Program-made: the position numbers and the translations under genes | Notes under the pieces: model-generated | The model's input: only the letters and a program-made list of their open reading frames with translations | What the model was told of the DNA's origin: nothing | The model's database searches: none | Origin: Vibrio alginolyticus NBRC 15630 = ATCC 17749 | GTDB lineage: Bacteria; Pseudomonadota; Gammaproteobacteria; Enterobacterales; Vibrionaceae | Length of the DNA: 32,000 nt | Assembly: GCF_000354175.2 (NCBI RefSeq) | Contig: NC_022359.1 | Span: 1,260,001 to 1,292,000 of the forward strand | Reading direction: 5' to 3' | Part shown: positions 27,584 through 32,000 of the stretch, piece by piece | How the letters are laid out: each line of letters begins with the position of its first letter | Position numbering within the stretch: position 1 is the first letter of the stretch

Positions 27584-27613
27584 AAAAACGGGGCACCATT
27601 GGTGCCCCGTTTT
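27584..27613. terminator. Bidirectional terminator downstream of phnA
   Basis: ACGGGGCACC (27588-27597), loop ATT and GGTGCCCCGT (27601-27610) are flanked by A5 and T4. Confidence 0.85.
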
Positions 27614-27633
27614 GACATGACTGAAGTGCGATA

Positions 27634-28191
27634 TTACTTCTTGCGGCAGTATTCTGCGATCACGTACATCGACTGACCACCATTTGCCTTACCCGAAACT
27701 AGCTTTGGATCATCGCCAAGGCTAATACCACGAATCACTGTACCTTGTTTGATTACTTGGTTAGTGCCTTTTACTGGTAGGTCTTTAATTACTGTTACAT
27801 CGTCACCTTTCTTAAGTTCAGTGCCGTTACAGTCAACCGTTTTATCGTCAGCAGACATCCCTTTCATTGCCCAGTTCATTTGCTCTTCTTCCATGTACAT
27901 CATGTCAAGAGCATCTTGAGCCCAGCTTTCTGTGTTTAGGCGAGTGAGTTGGCGCCATGCAGTCACTTGTACAGCAGGAACCTGGCTCCACATGCTTTCG
28001 TTTAGACAACGCCAGTGGTTAATGTCTTTTGGCTCATCGATCTCACCCAGACACTTATCACAAACCATGATGGCAGTATCAACCGTCACATTACCGTGAG
28101 GTGGGACAGCGTATGCAGTTAGTTGAGATTCAGAAGAACACAGTTCACATTTTGACTCGCAGCGCGCAAGCAGAGTAGCTTCAATAGACAT
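27634..28191 (-). CDS. phnA: PhnA/YjdM-family zinc-ribbon protein (long form)
   Basis: N-terminal Cys pairs are present (CESKCELC ... CDKC). The C-terminal PhnA domain reads GD.VTVIKDLPVKGT...IKQGTVIRGISL. AAGGTGA lies 6 nt before the ATG. Confidence 0.85.
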   Translation of the reverse strand: MSIEATLLARCESKCELCSSESQLTAYAVPPHGNVTVDTAIMVCDKCLGEIDEPKDINHWRCLNESMWSQVPAVQVTAWRQLTRLNTESWAQDALDMMYMEEEQMNWAMKGMSADDKTVDCNGTELKKGDDVTVIKDLPVKGTNQVIKQGTVIRGISLGDDPKLVSGKANGGQSMYVIAEYCRKK

Positions 28192-28453
28192 AAGGACTCA
28201 CCTTAGTAATGTTATTTTGTGGCGGTATTATCCACTTTATCCTGAGAAATAAAAGGGTGTTAGCGAATTAAAGATTAGATTTTACAATACTCCAACCTGA
28301 TTAAGGTGAAGATGTAAAATATTCGCTAAATAAATAATACGGAAGTATAAAAGACACTATTAATTGTTTTGGTTTATGAATTGGTTGTGTCAATTTCTAC
28401 AACGATTACAAACCTAAAAGAGGTAAATGTAGAGAGAGGATGGCTAGAACATA

Positions 28454-28474
28454 GCCCTCTAATTTACAGAGGGC
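28454..28474 (-). terminator. Weak hairpin/terminator after the ygdI-like gene
   Basis: GCCCTCT (28454-28460) pairs with AGAGGGC (28468-28474), 7 nt after the stop. The minus-strand U-tract is poor (TATGTTCT). Confidence 0.4.
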
Positions 28475-28480
28475 CTGTCG

Positions 28481-28690
28481 TTAACGTTCGACAATCTGGA
28501 CAATTTGCTCTTTTGAAATACTCATTTCTTTACCATCCATGTCTTCATACTCGTACATACCCGTTTCCTCGTTCAGGTCTGGTTTACCGTAAGAGGTAAT
28601 AATTTTCCCTTCATTTGTCGACATCAGATATTGGCTACTTCCGCATGCAGCAAGAAGTAATACAGTGGCAATAACAGTCAATACGCGCAT
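28481..28690 (-). CDS. YgdI/YgdR-family small lipoprotein (DUF903)
   Basis: The lipobox is LLAAC. YLMSTNEGKIITSYGKPDLNEETGMYEYED parallels E. coli YgdI ([30 protein letters not shown]). The SD is AAGGAA. Confidence 0.82.
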   Translation of the reverse strand: MRVLTVIATVLLLAACGSSQYLMSTNEGKIITSYGKPDLNEETGMYEYEDMDGKEMSISKEQIVQIVER

Positions 28691-28781
28691 AGAGTTTTCC
28701 TTTTAAACAAGTGAGTTAGGCAAAGACATCGTTTTAACTATAGCAGAGGAAATATGAGTGGGTTTGAATACAATTGAAATG

Positions 28782-28805
28782 AAAAAGCCCAGTAGAAACT
28801 GGGCT
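28782..28805 (-). terminator. Rho-independent terminator after volA
   Basis: AGCCCAG (28786-28792) pairs with CTGGGCT (28799-28805). On the minus strand TTTTTC follows. Confidence 0.8.
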
Positions 28806-28826
28806 TTGGTAGGAAGGGCGTTGCGA

Positions 28827-31235
28827 TTACTTCAAAACAGAAGTGTTAGTGACACCTGTTAGTGCGTCATCCATTAAGAAGTCAGTGTTTTCCATCTGCA
28901 TCTCTACATGATGATCAATATCAGACAAAGTGCCATTTGGCGAAGCAAAAGTACTGTGCGATGCAGTAGCATTAAACTGTACAAAGCTCGCAGTTGCATT
29001 CACAGTAGTGTCCGTACTGTTCACAGTCTTCAACCCTAGCTTATTAGCAAGCGGTTCAGTACCCGCGAATGGTGCATTTGGAACGCTGTTTGGTACTGTG
29101 CTATCGCCATCCACTTCTGTCATAAAGAATGGTGTCGTTAGCGAACCAGATGCCACTAAATCTGAAGCGTTTGTGAACGGATCGACAGTGTCTAGTGTAG
29201 TCTGTGCTGCATAGATAAATTGTGAGAAACCTGCTTCTAGCGCTGCTACTTGAGCTTCCGTTGCCGCAGCCTCAAATGCTTCGTAACATGTTTTATCTTC
29301 TAGATCCGCACATGATGCATCAGCGTAATTCGCATAGTCTTTTGATGCTGCATAAGCGAGGTTATGTTTGATCTGAGGGCCGTAATTGTCTGAACCCAGT
29401 AACAAATTACCAATTTGTCCACCAGAGTTCTGTACTGATGCAGAACTAAAGGTGTACAGCGCATCCGCAGTAGGGCTGCCCAATGTATTGTTTGCTGCTG
29501 CGACGGCAGATGTAGCTACAATACCGCCAAGTGAATGACCTAGCATTTTGACTTTTGAACCCGTCATTGGGTTGAAGCCTTGCAGAGGACCTCCAGCTAA
29601 AAGACCGCCTTGAGCAGATACTACCAAGCTAGCGCGTAAACCTAACACATCCAGAACACTTTGACGTAGGTTGTCACGCGCAACGGCTAAGTTGGAAAGA
29701 TTTAGATAAGCCAGTACATTCGCATTTGCGGAACGTTGTTCATCTAAGCTGCGCGTACCATGAATAGGTAAGTCAATAGCGATAACTGCCACACCTGCTT
29801 TTACCATATTGAACGCGAACGCGTACGCATTCTCTTTCGCTGAGGTGATGCCGTGTTGATAAATCACAACGTCTGTCGCGACGCCAGATTTAGGTGTGAA
29901 GACCAGTACTTCGACATCTTCAACCGATTTCACTACGGGAACAGGCGAGTAGCGAGTAATAATACGCTCACTATCAAGCTGGGTACCATCGGTAAGAGTA
30001 AGCTTAGCTCCAACAAGTTTTAGCTGCTCTGTAGGATCTGTAGCAAGCTTTGTCACATCAACAGGATCATTTGCAAAAACGCCTGTTGATAGCTGCTGAA
30101 CCATGTTTGCTTGCTCGTTCGGATCCGCTAATGCTGCGCTTAGCTTCGCTAGGCTTGGCATCGCAGATACCATTGGTTGCATGTTCCAGCTTGCGCCTTT
30201 TTCCAAGTAATGAGGCAGTCTTACCACACCTTGTGTCACGCTTACATCGGCACCTGATTGCATGTAAAGGCCTTTAATTGCCGTTTTAGCTGCGTCTAGA
30301 TCGCTAATGTATTTACTAAAGTCATCGTCAGAGTCTAGCGCAGTGCTAAAGTCTTGGGTTTCACCGAGCGTTATTGTGTAGGCCGTTGATAAGTCTACTG
30401 AACCTTCGTTTGAGTCATTTTTGTAAACGGTATTTAGTGTGTTTGTGCCAGTAGAAAAACCAGTAGCGGTTACTCCTTTGACTGCCGCTAACGTATCACC
30501 TACAGACTGGGTACTGAACCATGAGGAGTAAACGATGTCGTTAGGATTAACTTGAGCTAGACCAAAAATGCCTTCAACCGCCTGAGTGACTGCTTGAACA
30601 GAAGCAAGGTCGCCAGTTTCATAAACGATTTCTTTCGATTTACCAGTCGCATAACTTGCTGATGTACCAATTGGCTCACCATTCACGTCAGTAACATCTT
30701 GTGTAACCGCAAAAATGTACTCGCTTGACTCATCAAGTGCAGCCAAGAACTGGATGTATAGAGAGCTACCTTTTGCTTGAACTACGTAGTCCTGATTCTG
30801 AACGAGTACCTCTTCGATTGGGTTAGATTTACCGTCCCACTCGGTTAAGCGTTGGTTAATCTTGATGACTTTAACACCAGACGACAGCATGCCCGTTGCA
30901 AAACCGTCGCCGTTGAAGTTAAGAACGATTGGCATAGACGTTGACCATCCATCCATCGTGTTCATTGAGGCTCTAGGGTTGGTTAAAGCATCATCGCCAT
31001 CAGTTGGCAGACCAAGCGTACCATCGCTTGTGTCCATTAATAAGTAAGACGGTGCCGGTACATCTGCGTTCGCTCCTTGAAGCGTAAAACTGATGGATGT
31101 TTCGCGATCAAGCAATGCTTGGACTTCATCTTCAAATTGAACTTTGTCGGAAGTACCAGAGCTGGAGGTATCATCACCACAACCAGCAAGAAGGATTGCA
31201 GAACAAAGCATTGATAATTTAAACGTGTGTTTCAT
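28827..31235 (-). CDS. volA: Surface lipoprotein lipase/lysophospholipase (VolA-like)
   Basis: The lipobox is ILLAGC. The alpha/beta-hydrolase nucleophile elbow is GHSLGG (Ser codon 29532-29534). The product is about 800 aa and the gene lies directly downstream of fadL, as described for V. cholerae VolA. The start is taken at ATG 31235 (GGAG 7 nt upstream), not ATG 31256. Confidence 0.8.
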   Translation of the reverse strand: MKHTFKLSMLCSAILLAGCGDDTSSSGTSDKVQFEDEVQALLDRETSISFTLQGANADVPAPSYLLMDTSDGTLGLPTDGDDALTNPRASMNTMDGWSTSMPIVLNFNGDGFATGMLSSGVKVIKINQRLTEWDGKSNPIEEVLVQNQDYVVQAKGSSLYIQFLAALDESSEYIFAVTQDVTDVNGEPIGTSASYATGKSKEIVYETGDLASVQAVTQAVEGIFGLAQVNPNDIVYSSWFSTQSVGDTLAAVKGVTATGFSTGTNTLNTVYKNDSNEGSVDLSTAYTITLGETQDFSTALDSDDDFSKYISDLDAAKTAIKGLYMQSGADVSVTQGVVRLPHYLEKGASWNMQPMVSAMPSLAKLSAALADPNEQANMVQQLSTGVFANDPVDVTKLATDPTEQLKLVGAKLTLTDGTQLDSERIITRYSPVPVVKSVEDVEVLVFTPKSGVATDVVIYQHGITSAKENAYAFAFNMVKAGVAVIAIDLPIHGTRSLDEQRSANANVLAYLNLSNLAVARDNLRQSVLDVLGLRASLVVSAQGGLLAGGPLQGFNPMTGSKVKMLGHSLGGIVATSAVAAANNTLGSPTADALYTFSSASVQNSGGQIGNLLLGSDNYGPQIKHNLAYAASKDYANYADASCADLEDKTCYEAFEAAATEAQVAALEAGFSQFIYAAQTTLDTVDPFTNASDLVASGSLTTPFFMTEVDGDSTVPNSVPNAPFAGTEPLANKLGLKTVNSTDTTVNATASFVQFNATASHSTFASPNGTLSDIDHHVEMQMENTDFLMDDALTGVTNTSVLK

Positions 31236-31255
31236 TGGTTTACTCCGTAATCCCA

Positions 31256-32000
31256 TTATTTGAAGGTGTAGTTCATCTGTACCGCGCTGATGTAAGCAGT
31301 ACCTTCTGAGTCAAACTTAATCTCTTCACCCAGAGCATTTGTCTCAGTGAAAGAGCCTGATTTACTCTTAACAAGTGCAAAGCCTGCATCGAAAGTTAAA
31401 TTCTCACTCATTGCGTAAGTTAGGCCCGCGCTGTACCAAAAACGGTCACTGTCAGGGATACTCAATGTCGCTTCACCTGCTTGTTCGTCGTACGCAAAGC
31501 CTGCACGGAATGTCCAGTCTGTATTAAGTATGTAAGTTGCACCAACGGAGTAGCGATTGTTGTCTTCATATTTCTCAGGTTTAAAGAAACATACTCCGTC
31601 ATTACATTCGTTACTGGTCGCTTTTAGTTCTTTAAATGTGCTCCAGTCGGTTTGTTGCCAGCCGTAATGTACAGCCCATTGTTCATTCAGTTGATGGAAA
31701 GCCGATAATTCGATAATTGAAGGGAGAGAGATTTTTAAACGGCCATCCACTTTTGGTGATGAAGCTCGACCAGAGTCGTAACTACTAAACTCACCGTCAT
31801 CAAAATCTAGATCAACCTTAGAGCGGTAGCCAAAGCCAAAACGGTTGTTTTCATTTAGCTCAAATAAAGCGCCGACATTCCAACCCCAAGCGAAAGTTTC
31901 ACCTTCCATGCCGACAAGGTTATCGGACTTATTACCACCTAAAATACCGGCGAGTGCGCCTTTGTGGCGAGTCAGCTCTGCTTCAGCGTATACGAGGTTG
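31256..32000 (-). CDS. fadL: Long-chain fatty acid outer-membrane transporter FadL, 3' portion (5' end outside the window)
   Basis: The reading frame stays open past ATG 31909 to the window edge (..AEAELTRHKGALAGILGGNKSDNLVGMEGETFAWGWNVG..). The product has beta-barrel alternating patterns and a C-terminal aromatic residue (NYTFK). Only 20 nt separate its stop from the volA start. Confidence 0.85.
   Translation of the reverse strand, partial: NLVYAEAELTRHKGALAGILGGNKSDNLVGMEGETFAWGWNVGALFELNENNRFGFGYRSKVDLDFDDGEFSSYDSGRASSPKVDGRLKISLPSIIELSAFHQLNEQWAVHYGWQQTDWSTFKELKATSNECNDGVCFFKPEKYEDNNRYSVGATYILNTDWTFRAGFAYDEQAGEATLSIPDSDRFWYSAGLTYAMSENLTFDAGFALVKSKSGSFTETNALGEEIKFDSEGTAYISAVQMNYTFK

Noticed and set aside
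1-32000. tRNA or rRNA genes, CRISPR arrays, IS elements or transposases, integron attC sites and prophage genes.
   Set aside because: I found no direct-repeat/spacer periodicity, no tRNA-like T-arm in an intergenic context (a GGTTTCGAACC string at about 14545 lies inside the helicase coding sequence), no terminal inverted repeats flanking a transposase-like ORF, and no recombinase-like translation in any frame of the ORF track.

Overview
The window looks like a Vibrionaceae chromosomal segment. The gene order (chitodextrinase-glgC, fadL-volA, yceJ-yceI, alx, ybjD) matches what I recall of Vibrio chromosome II, but this comes from memory and was not checked by a search. It is densely packed with about 27 protein genes on both strands, mostly metabolic, envelope and signalling functions. 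In order they are: a GH18 chitinase (5' end outside the window), glgC, fhs, gsk, creA, a hypothetical protein, a HAD phosphatase, an MCP, acpH, an RhlE-like DEAD-box helicase, an EAL phosphodiesterase, an orphan 210-aa protein, a DUF2164 protein, cytochrome b561 plus YceI, an FNT channel fused to a CBS pair, a divergent LysR regulator, YcdZ/DUF1097, a YbjD-type OLD-family ATPase/nuclease, a signal-less UshA-like 5'-nucleotidase, Alx/TerC behind a yybP-ykoY (Mn2+) riboswitch, a small DUF1127-like protein, PhnA/YjdM, a YgdI-like lipoprotein, the VolA-like lipoprotein lipase, and the 3' part of fadL. I saw no tRNA, rRNA, CRISPR array, transposase, integrase or prophage gene. I could not identify a convincing multi-gene novel system. 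The observations most worth follow-up are these. (1) The RhlE-like helicase is split by loss of one A in a homopolymer run. (2) The Mn riboswitch appears to have a two-hairpin SD-sequestering platform. (3) Two small ORFs below the ORF-track cut-off have strong SD sites: a 31-aa hydrophobic peptide and a 34/57-aa acidic peptide. (4) An FNT-CBS fusion transporter has a structured divergent control region. (5) A stand-alone OLD-family gene sits divergent to a cytoplasmic nucleotidase with a Pho-box-like repeat. (6) An unrecognisable 210-aa protein lies next to an EAL-only protein. All coordinates were derived by hand from the sequence.
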